NCBI RefSeq assembly: GCF_004010195.1 | Contig: NC_057719.1 | Location: 11,160,507-11,224,506, forward strand | Length of the DNA stretch: 64,000 bases | DNA from: Chiloscyllium plagiosum | Taxonomy: Eukaryota | Direction: 5' to 3' | Shown here: positions 49,455-60,955 of the stretch, piece by piece | Layout of the letters: each line of letters opens with the position of its first letter | Position numbering within the stretch: the stretch's first letter is position 1 | Translations under genes and position numbers: made by a program | Notes under the pieces: generated by a model | The model's input: only the letters and a program-made list of their open reading frames with translations | Database searches by the model: none | Told to the model about the DNA's origin: nothing

Positions 49455-50070
49455 NNNNNNNNNNNNNNNNNNNNNNNNNNNNNNNNNNNNNNNNNNNNNN
49501 NNNNNNNNNNNNNNNNNNNNNNNNNNNNNNNNNNNNNNNNNNNNNNNNNNNNNNNNNNNNNNNNNNNNNNNNNNNNNNNNNNNNNNNNNNNNNNNNNNNN
49601 NNNNNNNNNNNNNNNNNNNNNNNNNNNNNNNNNNNNNNNNNNNNNNNNNNNNNNNNNNNNNNNNNNNNNNNNNNNNNNNNNNNNNNNNNNNNNNNNNNNN
49701 NNNNNNNNNNNNNNNNNNNNNNNNNNNNNNNNNNNNNNNNNNNNNNNNNNNNNNNNNNNNNNNNNNNNNNNNNNNNNNNNNNNNNNNNNNNNNNNNNNNN
49801 NNNNNNNNNNNNNNNNNNNNNNNNNNNNNNNNNNNNNNNNNNNNNNNNNNNNNNNNNNNNNNNNNNNNNNNNNNNNNNNNNNNNNNNNNNNNNNNNNNNN
49901 NNNNNNNNNNNNNNNNNNNNNNNNNNNNNNNNNNNNNNNNNNNNNNNNNNNNNNNNNNNNNNNNNNNNNNNNNNNNNNNNNNNNNNNNNNNNNNNNNNNN
50001 NNNNNNNNNNNNNNNNNNNNNNNNNNNNNNNNNNNNNNNNNNNNNNNNNNNNNNNNNNNNNNNNNNNNNN
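49455..50070. other. Assembly gap (616 N)
   Basis: N run. Confidence 1.
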
Positions 50071-50619
50071 GTAGGGTGGAAGGTGTGCACCAGGGGCGTT
50101 CTGTCCTTGTTGCGGTTGGAGGGGTTGGGTCTGAGGGCGGAGGTGCGGGATGTAGACAAGATGCGTTGGAGGGCAGCTTTAACGACATGGGAAGGGAGAT
50201 TGCGGTCTCTAGAGAAGGAGGCCATCTGGTGTGTTCTGTGGTGGAACCGGTCCTCCTGGGAGCAGATACGGCGGAGGCGGAGGAATTGGGAATACGGGAT
50301 GGCATTTTTGCAAGAGATAGGGTGGGAAGAGGTGTAATCCAGGTAGCTGTGGGAGTCGGTGGGTTTGTAGAAAATGTCAGTGTCTAACTGGTGTTGAGCT
50401 CAACTCTACAGTTTTGGATGGTGCAGGGTCTTTTCCCTGTTTCAGGAGAGGGAGCTGAGACAAGTTCACCAACTGCTCCCCATGCCCCAGGTTTGGCTGT
50501 TCCTGCTCCTGCTCTTGACTGCCATCTACTGACTTGTGCCGGTAAATATATTCATGCAGAACACAGAATCTTCCATTCTTAAACAGATTGCTGATGTTCA
50601 TTCATTAACAACAAAGGGA

Positions 50620-50980
50620 AGTCGGAAAGACTTGCATTTATACATTACCTTTCTCAAAATCAGAAAGTTCAACTGTGCCTTTAAGCAACTGAAATACTTT
50701 TGACATATGTTTGCTATTGTGGTATAGGATTGTTGAGGAGTGGGCTTATGTGCCTTGTTCTTCTTTGAATGACTACCATTAAATTAACTACATTCACCTC
50801 ATAGGGCAGACAGTACCTCAGATGACCATCTTATCTGAGAAACGGCACATCTGACAGTGCTGCAGTCCTTTAGTAATGCACTAGGGAGCGCCAGCCAAGA
50901 GTTTTGCTCGAGTCTCCACGGTGGGATTGAATCTACAATCTTCGGACTCAGTAATGAAGATGGGTCTGACAGTGTGCTTG
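50620..50980 (-). mobile_element. Deu-domain-like SINE
   Basis: CATCTTATCTGAGAAACGGCACATCTGACAGTGCTGCAGTCC...GGGATTGAATCTACAATCTTCGGACTCAG is the reverse complement of the family at 60770. Confidence 0.6.
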
Positions 50981-51299
50981 AACAATGCACCACATAGAGA
51001 CCACGAACTGTGGCATTACGCCTGTTAAGTGCCAGCATCTTCAGGGATGGAGGGGAGAAATTGGTGGCAAGGAGCTGGGAGAGCAGGGTGGGGCCTGAAG
51101 GAGAGACAGCCTAAGTTGCTTGTAGTGAAGCCCACTTTCAAATCAGCCCTCAGGTACCTTAGAACCTCTTTCATATTTTTATGCACAATTATTTATTTAA
51201 GCATATTTACCCCTCAGGACCAGGGAACAAAGATTTTGTCTGGTAACACACAGACTGCCCTCAGCGAAGTATTTGACATCTGTCATTTGGGTTCCCCAA

Positions 51300-52682
51300 G
51301 TCCATCTTCTGCAGCTATACTGGCACCAGTTCCTCTGCTACATCGATGACTGTATCCATGCTACCTCATGCTCCCACGAAGAGGTTGAACAGTTCACCAA
51401 CTTCACAAACACTATCCACCCCGACCTCAAGTTCACCTGGACCATCTCGGACACCTCCCTCCCCTTCTTGGATCTCACCATTTCCATTTCTGGCAACCAA
51501 CTCAACCCTACATACCCATCAACTCCCACAGCTACCTGGACTACACCTCCTCCCAGCCTGCCTCCTGTAAAAACACTATCCCTTATTCCAAATTCCTCCA
51601 CCTCCATTGCATCTGCTCCCAGGAGGACCAATTCCACCGTAGAACATCCCAATGGCCTCCTTCTTCAAAGACTGCTATTTGCTTCCTGCGCCCTGCAACG
51701 ACGCCCTGCAGTGCATCTCCTCCACTCCCTGAACCTCCGCCCTTGAACTCCACCCCTCCAATCGCAACAAGAACAGAACACCCCTGGTCCTCACCTTCCA
51801 CTCCACCAACCACCGGATACATCACATCATCCTCCGCCATTTCTGACATCTACAAACAGACTCCACCACTAGGGATAAATTTCCCTTCCCCCTGTCCACC
51901 TGCATTTCGGAGAGACCATTTCCTCCACGACTCCCTTGTCAGGTCCACGATTCCCACCAACCCACCTTCCTCCCGGCACCTTCCCTTGCCACTGTAGGAA
52001 GTGCAAACCTACACCCACAAATCCCATCTCACCTTCAACCAAGGCCCCAAAGGATCCTTCCACAGAAATTTACCTGTACTTCCACACATGTCAACTATGG
52101 CATCCATTGCACCTGATGTGGTCTCCTCCAGACTGGGGAGACAGGACGCCAGCTTGTGGATCATTTCAGAGAACTTCTCTGGGACACCCAAACTAACCAA
52201 CCCCACTGCCCTGTGGCTGAACACTTTAACTCCCCCTCCCACTCCGCTAAAGACATGCAGGTCCTGGGCCTCCTCCATCACCAAACCCTAACCACGCCTG
52301 GAGGAAGGATGGCTCATCTTCCGCCTTAGGACCCTCCAACCACATGGGATCAATGGGGATTTCACCAGATTCCCCATTTCCCCCCCCATCACCTTATCCT
52401 AGTCCCAACCTTCCAACTCAGCACCACCCTCTTGAAGGGTCCTACCTGTCCATCTTCCTTCCTACCCATATCCTCCACCCTCCACTCTGACCTATCACTT
52501 TCAGCCCCACCTTCATCTACCTAGCACTTTCCTAACTAACTTCACCCCAGCCCCATTCCATTCCTCCATTCCCCTCCCATTTATCTCTCAATTCCTTGGG
52601 CCCACAAGCCTCATTCCTGATGAAGGCCCATAACGTCGACTCTCCTGCTCCTTGGATGCTGCTTTTCCAGCGCCACACTCTT
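51300..52682 (+). mobile_element. Penelope-like retroelement, 5'-truncated: RT C-terminus, GIY-YIG domain, 3' UTR and degenerate hammerhead terminus
   Basis: YIDD at 51339-51350, HPDLKFTWTISDTSLPFLDL, FTCTSTHVNYGIHCT.CGLLQTGETGR GIY-YIG remnant, LIFRLRTLQPHGING, then CCTGATGAAGGCCCATAACGTCG at 52616. Confidence 0.93.
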
Positions 52683-53504
52683 CGATCCATTCTACCCAAT
52701 GCCCCACCTGCCCCAAAGTACACAGGCTGCCCAACAGCTGGAAACCAGAGGACATTTTAAACAAACAAAAAACATATATTTTTCACCAGCCTCGGGCTCG
52801 AAATCCCATTTCTGTGTTCATTCTCCCCACTCGATCATAAGAGACGGTGAGCGAGTTAAGTGAATGGGTTAAATGCAGCCCATATAACGAAGCAGTGAAT
52901 TGAAGGGGGTGCTCTTACTGTGAAATGTTAGTGAGCCTGCCCAGCTGCCTTGCTGAAATCAGTGAAGTGTGACTGCAGCTCCAGTACATCAAATAAATTA
53001 AGGCGGATCAATGACTAAAGACCATCTAAAGGTGAATTTCTTTCTCTTTCTCCCTGAAAACATCCTTCCCATAGCAGCCATAAAATAGAGGATGCAGCGA
53101 GTGGATGAAGCACCTTGCCCTCCCCTAACTCCGAGATTTGGGAGAAAAAATCTGTCAGAAGGTAATGATGTGAAACAGCGTAATTTGCAGGTTCTGCCCT
53201 TGCCCTTCAGAACCTCAGCGTCCCTGCCCTCTGCTTGCACACAGAAAGAAACCAAACACAAACAAAAAGCGCTTGAATATTTCTCAGATAGTTATGCTGG
53301 CTGGCCTGTGGGTCTCTCTCTGACCCTGCTAACTGGGGCTGATTGCTGATTCCCTCCTTACACCCACATGCCAGGCACAATCGACTTCCCTATAGGCAGA
53401 GCGGAACAGACAGTTTGCTCTCAATGCCATTTTTTTAATGTACAGAGTGCAGCATTTGCAAACGATTCTTGTAACTAAGTCTCTCGGTGGGTAAAGCCCA
53501 CTCT

Positions 53505-53507
<3 letters not shown>

Positions 53508-53554
<47 letters not shown>
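53508..53554. repeat. (AT)n(AC)n compound microsatellite
   Basis: Directly visible. Confidence 0.95.
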
Positions 53555-53864
53555 GTGGGCATGTGCGTACCAGTCTAGCATGCATAGTAATCACATTTTA
53601 TTTATATACATATTTATGTAACATTTCTGTGTGTGTGTGTTTGTTTGTACCTTTGTGCATGTCATAGTGATGTACAGCATGGAATCAGACCCTTTGGTCC
53701 ACCATGTCCATGCCAACCAGATATCCTAACCTCTAAACCCTTCCTATTCATATACCCATCCAGTTGACTTTTATTGTAATTGTATCAGCCTCAGCATACT
53801 AAAAAAGGGTGGAGAGATGGGCCCGACATCTGTGTCCTCACCTCCAGAGAATCCTGGCTCTTGT

Positions 53865-54175
53865 GGGCGGCACGGTAGCACAGTGGTTAGCACTGCTGCC
53901 TCACAGCGCCAGAAACCCGGGTTCAATTCCCGCCTCAGGCGACTGACTGTGTGGAGTTTGCACGTTCTCCCCGTGTCTGTGTGGGTTTCCTCCGGGTGCT
54001 CCGGTTTCCTCCAATGATTCAAAGATGTGCAGGTCAGGTGAATTGGCCATGCTAAATTGCCTGTAGTGTTAGGTAAGGGGTAAATGTAGGGGTATGGGTG
54101 GGTTGTGCTTCGGCGGGTCGGTGTGGACTTGTTGGGCCGAAGGGCCTGTTTCCACACTGTAATGTAATCTAATCT
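53865..54175 (+). mobile_element. HE1-like SINE, young
   Basis: Near-identical to 2406-2718. Confidence 0.93.
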
Positions 54176-55809
54176 TACAGGAGAAGACCAAGACTACTGC
54201 TGTGGTAACACTGTAATGTACATGTCCTGCTGTGATTAAGCAGCACTCTCCATGTCACTGCCACGCACCCACCTGCTATCATTGAACACCACTCCCAACC
54301 TTGGCCATAGCACCTTCCTTCTCTTTGTTCTTGCAGGTTCTACAAACCGAACAACAACCGTGCTCCTGAAGATGAGAATACCAAGGCCTCTGCGGAAGCA
54401 TCAAGTAGACTGCCTCCTGCTGTCCCAAATACAGACACTTGGGTGCAAGCCATAGACAGAGACAGAGTGTGTGGCTCCACAATCTGATGAGCTGGTCGAG
54501 GAAGAAAGGGCCCAAGCACCTGCCACTCAGAGCACTGCCAGAGTGTAGCCGTCTGCTGAGCCCCAGGCAAGAGAGGGTTCTGTGGTGTCAGCAGTCAGGG
54601 ACTTTATCCAAATACACAGCAAGAAGCAAAAGGGAGCAGAAAGGACACAATGGCGCTCATTGTCCAGAGGCTGCTGTCTGGCTGCCTTCATGGACAAGGT
54701 AGTGGCTGACATGTAGAGTCAGGTCCAGCACTCTCAGGGTCTTCTGGAAAGGTGTTCAGCCCTTGCATCCCAACGGCCAGCCACTGGTCCTCAGGACCAA
54801 AGACCGATGTGCTCTGCTTTGCAATCTATGCTTCCACTGCACTGCCAGTGCACAGTGGAGGCGACAGGATGATCAAGATAAGCTGGCAGATGGCAGATAC
54901 AAATGCCCACAGATCACACCCTGAGACCTTGTCATCCGGTGTCCACCATGAAGGTTGTACAGATTAAGCAGCGAGGCTGAAACCACCAGGATTAGTGAGT
55001 TTGGGAAGATGGGGCTCAGAATACTAACAATATAGCGATAAGTTAACCCAAGAATCAATAACGAACACCAGTTGGCATCTCGCAGCTGCTGAGTGAAAAT
55101 CTCAACGCACTGTTTGTGAAAAGCTTAAAGCTGGATTGAGATGATCCCAATATCATGTCAATCCAGCGAGACTCTAGGTGGGCCTCACTGCCTGATTTGC
55201 TTAGCTTGCCATAGCTCACGTCACTCAGACACCTGTAAGACTCCGTCCCACATGCTTTTGTGTCCATTTCATTTGAATCCCATTTATTAATGTTTCTGTA
55301 TTTCTCTGGTTTGCTTTCTTTCAGTTCTTTTCTCTGCTTCACTCTTTTTCCATTTATCTGTCCCACTGCCCATTTTATATTTGTCTCTCTCTCTTCCTTT
55401 CTTGCTGTCTCTATAAATATGAGCCTTATTCATTGCTGCTTACTCTTAACGCTTCAGTGGCTAATTATCAGCATTCATCGTGTTAAAGAGACATCTTCAC
55501 GGTCATTTCTGTGACACCAACACATCATTTGACCCACTCATGGTATTAAAAATAAGCATATGATAAATACTCTGGACTGTTTTAATTAAAAATATCAAAA
55601 TTAAAAATATCACTCAAGATCTTAAAACATAATTAAGATAAATGCTCTGAAGTGTATAATTAAATACATGAAGATTAACAAGAGGATACATGTATTTTGT
55701 GTAAGTGTGTGTGTGTGATGTGCATGTAGTGTGTGAACTGTGTGTGATACTTCACGTGTAATATGTGGCTCTGATAATGCGCATGAGAGTATGTTGGAGG
55801 CAGTGGAGA

Positions 55810-56264
55810 AAGTTGAGCTATAGGGAGGGGCTGAATACACTGGGGCTGTTTTTCCTGGAGCATCGGAGGCTGAGGAGTGACCTTGTAGAGGTTTATAAAA
55901 TCGTGAGGAGCATGGATAGGATAAATAGACAAGGTCTTTTCCCTGGGGTGAGGGAGTCCAGAACTTAAAGAGCATAGGTTTAGGGTGAGAGGGGATAGAT
56001 ATAAAAGAGACCCTAACAAGCAACGTTTTCACACAGAAGGTGGTACATTTGTGGAATGGGCTGCCAAAGGAAGTGATGGAGGCTAGTACAATTACAACAC
56101 TTAAAAGGCATCTGGATGGGTATATGAATAGAAAGGGTTTGGAGGGATATGGGCCAGGTGCTGGCAGGTGGGACTAGATTGGGTTGGGATAATTAGTCAG
56201 CATGGACGAGTTGGATCAAAGAATCAGTTTTCGTGCTGTACATCTCTATGACTCTATGACTCTA
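55810..56264 (+). mobile_element. CR1/HER1-type LINE 3' fragment abutting the ADCK1 exon
   Basis: LSYREGLNTLGLFFLEHRRLRSDLVEVYKIVR; tail CTCTATGACTCTATGACTCTA. Confidence 0.93.
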
Positions 56265-56300
56265 AGAATGAAGAAGATCAAGTGCAAGTCTCCACTTTAC

Positions 56301-56504
56301 CTCTCTGCCAAGATCTTCCTCAATGACTTTGTGAATTTCCTGCAGACTGCTCTGTGGGGCTTTACTATGCAGGATCTTCAATGTGCTGGTGTACTCCTCA
56401 GGTAGCAGATAGTCCAAACCGCCCAGATGTTGGCCCACTTTGATGAACGTGCCCCTGTTAGCACAGCAGAGATCCAGCAAATGTTGAGCAGAGCGACGAT
56501 GGAC
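56301..56504 (-). CDS. ADCK1: Internal coding exon (204 nt, 68 codons, phase 0/0) of aarF domain-containing kinase 1
   Basis: Translates VHRRSAQHLLDLCCANRGTFIKVGQHLGGLDYLLPEEYTSTLKILHSKAPQSSLQEIHKVIEEDLGRE, closely matching vertebrate ADCK1 as recalled, including the UbiB KxGQ motif. Acceptor tttctcccccaccaag|GTC and donor GAG|gtaaag. Confidence 0.96.
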
Positions 56505-57470
56505 CTTGGTGGGGGAGAAACACAAAGAAACAGTCTGAAATCTGAAAGGCAAGGTTCTCTCATCGAAAATCTGATGTCGTCATGGGAAACATCAAATGTC
56601 AGTGACCAAAGTAATCCAATGCATAAACATTTAGAGGACAAAAAGATGCCATTCTGCAGGTGTATACTGGCCCACTGCCACTCCGTGAGTCCCACATGCT
56701 GTCCTTGTCCCACAGACCAACAAATCTTCACTCAAGTGCCGATTCAAATCCCTTTTTAATCCATGATTGGATTACCTTCTACTGGCCTCAGGGGTAATGC
56801 ATTGCAGATCACAACCACTCCCTGTGTAAAGATGGTTTTCCTTCACCAATCACCTTAAATAAGTCTCCTCTGGTTCTCAACCCTCAGCCAACAGCTTCTC
56901 CATAAATACTCTGCCCACCCCATCACTCAGATCATTCCTCAATCTTTTCTTCTACAAAGACAGCAACTGCAGTTTCTCCAACATGCTCTTGTAGCTCAAG
57001 TCCATCATCCCTGGAACTTAAGTCTTTCTTGCATCCTCCCTAATGTTTTCACAAACTCTGTAAAAGTGCAAAGAAATGGATAGAACAATCCAGATGAGCT
57101 CAAAACACAGAATTAATGAAGGCTCATCATAGATGTCCAGATTCTTGATCAGTTGGGGAATTAGAAGGTAAGGGAAAAGGCAGGAAAGTGGATGTGAGGA
57201 AGGCCTGATCAGCTATGAGCCGAATGAATGGCTGAGCAGGCTTGAGGAACCAAATGGCCTATTCCTGTTCCTGTTTCTTTTGGTCTTATGAACTAATAGT
57301 CCTTGCTTTTGTTGTCTATGCCCTGATTTCTAATGCCCACAATCCCATGTACTTTTTTAACCAGTTTCTCAACCTGCTCTGCCAAATTCTACACCTATAC
57401 CTCAGGGTCCCTTTGGACCGGTACAGATCAAGAAAGCCATTTGTCTCACTTCTTACTTATCCAATAGAAT

Positions 57471-57614
57471 GAAATGGAGGTACCGGTGTCGGACTGGGGT
57501 AAACAAAGTTAAAACTCACACAACATCGGGTGATAGTCCAACAGTTTTATTTGGAAGTACAGCTTTCGGAGCACTGTTCCTTCCTGAAGAAATGAGTTAC
57601 CTGATGAAGTTACC
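57471..57614 (-). mobile_element. Second PLE-terminus family with hammerhead-like remnant, rearranged
   Basis: Minus strand GAAGGAACAGTGCTCCGAAAGCT...; plus strand carries CCTGAAGA and CCTGATGAAG pieces directly adjacent. Confidence 0.6.
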
Positions 57615-57619
57615 TGGCG

Positions 57620-58128
57620 TTTATCAGAAACATGTTATGAAACTTGAAAGAGTTCAGAAACGATTTACAAGGATGTTGCCAGGTTTGGAGGATTTGAGCT
57701 ATAGGGAGAGGTTGAATAGGCTGGGGCTATTTTCCTTAGAGCGTCAGAGGCTGAGGCGGTGACCTCATAGAGGTTTATAAAATCATGAGGGGTATGGATA
57801 GGATAAACAGACAAAGTCTGGGGTGGTGAGTCCAGAACTAGAGGGCATAGGTTTAGGGTGAGAAAGGAAAGATATAAAAGGGACCTAAGGGCAGCTTTTT
57901 CACGCAGAGGGTGGTGCGTGAATGAATGAACTGCCAGAGGAAGCAGTAGAGGCTGGTACTAATAAAACATTTAAAAGGCATCTGGATGGGCACATGAATA
58001 GGACGGGCTTAGAGGGATTTGGGCCAAATGCTGGCAAATGGGACTAGATTAGTCTAGGATTCTAGTCAGCATGGTCGAGCTGGACCGATGGGTCTGTTTC
58101 TGTGCTGTACATCTCTTTGACTCTATGA
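57620..58128 (+). mobile_element. CR1/HER1-type LINE 3' fragment
   Basis: YQKHVMKLERVQKRFTRMLPGLEDLSYRERLNRLG; tail. Confidence 0.93.
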
Positions 58129-58713
58129 TGAAGACAGTGGATTCTCCAGCCTCTTGAAGGAATTAGGAAAGGTCAGCAGTAAACATCAGGCTTGCCAAGG
58201 AATTTAAAAATAAAATTGTGCAGCCCCTTATCGTGTTACTGGTTTCCATGCAACTTAGCCTACTTTTTGGGAATGCAGCGACTTTTAGCCTGGCAAATGC
58301 AACAGCCATGTTCTATCAGAGACAAGCTGGTATACAGCGAGCTCAAATGAGAAGCATCTCATTTCATTTCAGTTGGCCATTAGGTAAAGGAGGCATATTC
58401 GTCTGGACCATCTAAAACAAAATGGAAAATCTGAACTGAAAACAGAAAACAAACAGCAAGTCTGACAACATTGTTGGAGAGGTCAATTAAGATTCCTAAT
58501 ATGCTATTTTTACTTATGACCTTGGATGGAGAAAAAATGGATTTTTGTTTTCAATTTGAAAGCTCTACTTTTTTCATATATAAAAGATCAGAATGCCATT
58601 TTTGAACAATGAATTCAAAATAGCAACTCCAAGAACTCGTGATTTTCACTAAATGATTGGCAAGTTACCCACAGAGATCATCGTTAAGTTGTTTGTTGAC
58701 TTGAGCTTTACTA

Positions 58714-58841
58714 GGCAAAAGTGAAGACTGCAGATGCTGGAAACCAGAGTCTTGATTAGAGTGGTGCTGGAAAAGCACAGGAGGTCAGACAGCATCCGAG
58801 GAGTAGGAAAATCAACGTTTCGAGCAAAAGCCCTTCATCAG
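58714..58841 (-). mobile_element. PLE-terminus short element with hammerhead core and 11-bp TSD
   Basis: GAGCTTTACTA at 58703-58713 and 58842-58852; minus strand CTGATGA-A-GGGC-TTTT-GCTC-GAAA-CG-TT. Confidence 0.9.
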
Positions 58842-59154
58842 GAGCTTTACTACTTAAAGGCAAAGAGAGAGAGAGAGAGAAAAAAAAAGATAGGGAGGTT
58901 ACCAGAAAAAGGATCATTCCAAGAGAAGAGATGCACAATAGTTGAGGTGCTGTTATTAGTAGTCCCCAAGCAGACAGCGCTGGGGAGCAGTCAGAAATCA
59001 ATGGGAAGACAATTACAGAAGCAGAAGCTGGAGCTGTCAGAGAAGAAGACATCCTGTAGCAATGTTGAAGAAATGAGCATTTATTTCCAGCCTGTAATTA
59101 TTTCCAGGCTCTACAAATCATAGCTTTGGGATCTTCACAAACCACTGAAGAAAT

Positions 59155-59458
59155 GGGCGGCACGGTGGCACAGTGGTTAGCATTGCTGCCTCACAGCGCC
59201 AGAGACCCAGGTTCAATTCCTGCCTCAGGCAACTGACTGTGTGGAGTTTGCACATTCTCCCCATGTCTGCGTGGGTTTCCTCCGGGTGCTCTGGTTTCCT
59301 CCCACAGTCCAAAAATGTGCAGGTCAGGTGAATTGGCCGAGCTACATTGCCCATAGTGTTAGGTGAAGGGATAAATGTAGGAGAATGTGGTCTGGGTGGG
59401 TTGCGCTTTGGCGGGTCGGTGTGGACTTGTTGGGCCGAAGGGCCTGTTTCCACACTAT
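59155..59458 (+). mobile_element. HE1-like SINE
   Basis: Full copy; AAATGGG on both flanks. Confidence 0.92.
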
Positions 59459-59856
59459 ATCAAATGGGGCTTCAATGTTACAATTCACACAAAACCTTAC
59501 GTGTGCTTCTGGAACCAATGTAAACCCTGTCAGCAGATGCTGCAAAGTAAAACTTCAATCACTTGTGTGTGAAGGGATAGCAATTGTCTCAATTACCACA
59601 ACGTTCATGGGCATTATATATCAAAGGCATTTGATATACAATGCTCATGAACTCTGGCAGACGAGAAACAGAAGGTAGTAGGATCATAATCTTCAGGTTA
59701 AATTAATCATCAGGTTTATTTATGAATAAACTAATTAAGTAGAAGCACATCATCAGAGATATTCAAATTAAATACATAAATTGGTTTATAACAATAGAGA
59801 GCCCTGTAGCTTCAGCAGTTCATTTCTAGAACTCTTGGTCTGTGCTTCTGATAAAT

Positions 59857-60206
59857 TCATAGAATTCCTACAGTGTAGAAGCAGGCCATTCAGCCCATCA
59901 GGTCCAAACCAAACGTCCAAAAAGCATCTCACCCACACCCACACCCAGACCCATCCCCCTGTAACCCCACATTTCCCATGGCTAATCCACCTAGCCTGCA
60001 CATCCCTGGACAATTTAACACAGCCAAACCACATAACCTGCACATTTGTGGATTGTGGAGGGAAACCGGAGCACCTGGAGAAAACACAGGCAGACACGGG
60101 GAGAATGTGCAAACTCCACACAGACAGTTGCCCAAAGGGTGGAATTGAGCCCAGGTCCCTGGCGCTGTGAGGCAGCAGTGCTAACCACTGAGCCACCATG
60201 CCGCCC
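59857..60206 (-). mobile_element. HE1-like SINE, older subfamily
   Basis: Reverse-complement head, body and tail. Confidence 0.88.
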
Positions 60207-60769
60207 AGGTAAGGACCCATCTGAACTCCAATCAGATTTGTTTGTCAAACCACATTTGATTTGGAAGAACAAAGCCAAGAACTAAAACCAAAGTAAGATA
60301 GTTGCCTTGATATGATTTTTAATTTTCTTCCAATTGAAGGCAAGCTCATTTTAAGAACAAATGGATATTTTTTCTCAATGTCAAGCAATCAAGATATTAA
60401 TAATTTCTAGCACTTAAGTACATAAAGCGTGAATGACAGTCTCCTGGCTGCCCACTGACTCATTTGCACTTAACATTGCACCATAGCATAAGTCGTTATA
60501 ATTACTTGAGATGATTCTGAACATTCTAACCACATTTGCATTTCAAAGAAGTAATATCTGGCACAATTAACATTGCATTTTGAAATCCAAAGAGTGCCTG
60601 GGTTTTGATCTGTTTTCTTGCTTCTCTCAGGAGGTCCAATCTCAGGTGAGGTACAGACTGTCGAGTTACTGTTACATAAAGTATGACAATTGCTGGAGAC
60701 AGGCCTGAGGCTCTATTCCTGTCCATCAATGGTTATGGTTCAAATGAAGGAAGTCATTCCGTTATCTGT

Positions 60770-60955
60770 CAGCTGTGGCTCAGCTGATGGTACATTCACC
60801 ACTCGTTACCGACTTCAAGTGCCACTCCAAGAATTAAGCTGACAAGTGATGTACTGAAAGAGTGCTGTATTGTGGGAGGTGCCGTCCTTTGTATGAACCA
60901 AAAACCTGTAAACTTGCTCATGGTTGTTCCCAGGGCACTATTTAGAAGAAAGTAC
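60770..60955 (+). mobile_element. Deu-domain-like SINE 5' part; 3' part likely resumes at ~62040-62260
   Basis: AGCTGTGGCTCAG head; GGAGGTGCCGTCCTTT...CCCAGGGCACTATTTAGAAGA. Confidence 0.6.

Larger units (their letters stand above)
49337..50387 (-). mobile_element. Penelope-like element 3' part, spanning the gap and ending in a hammerhead-bearing terminal repeat
   Basis: 50071-50387 encodes MASFSRDRNLPSHVVKAALQRI..RNKDRTPLVHTFHP, homologous to 51650-51800; 49337-49454 is the terminal repeat. Confidence 0.88.

Noticed and set aside
49277..50387. ORFs of 285-347 aa
   Set aside because: Mostly N gap; the real parts are PLE fragments already annotated.
60526..60729. ORF with ..RQSVPH.. as the preceding ADCK1 exon
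   Set aside because: No DYL or EEY motifs, and no suitable minus-strand splice sites.
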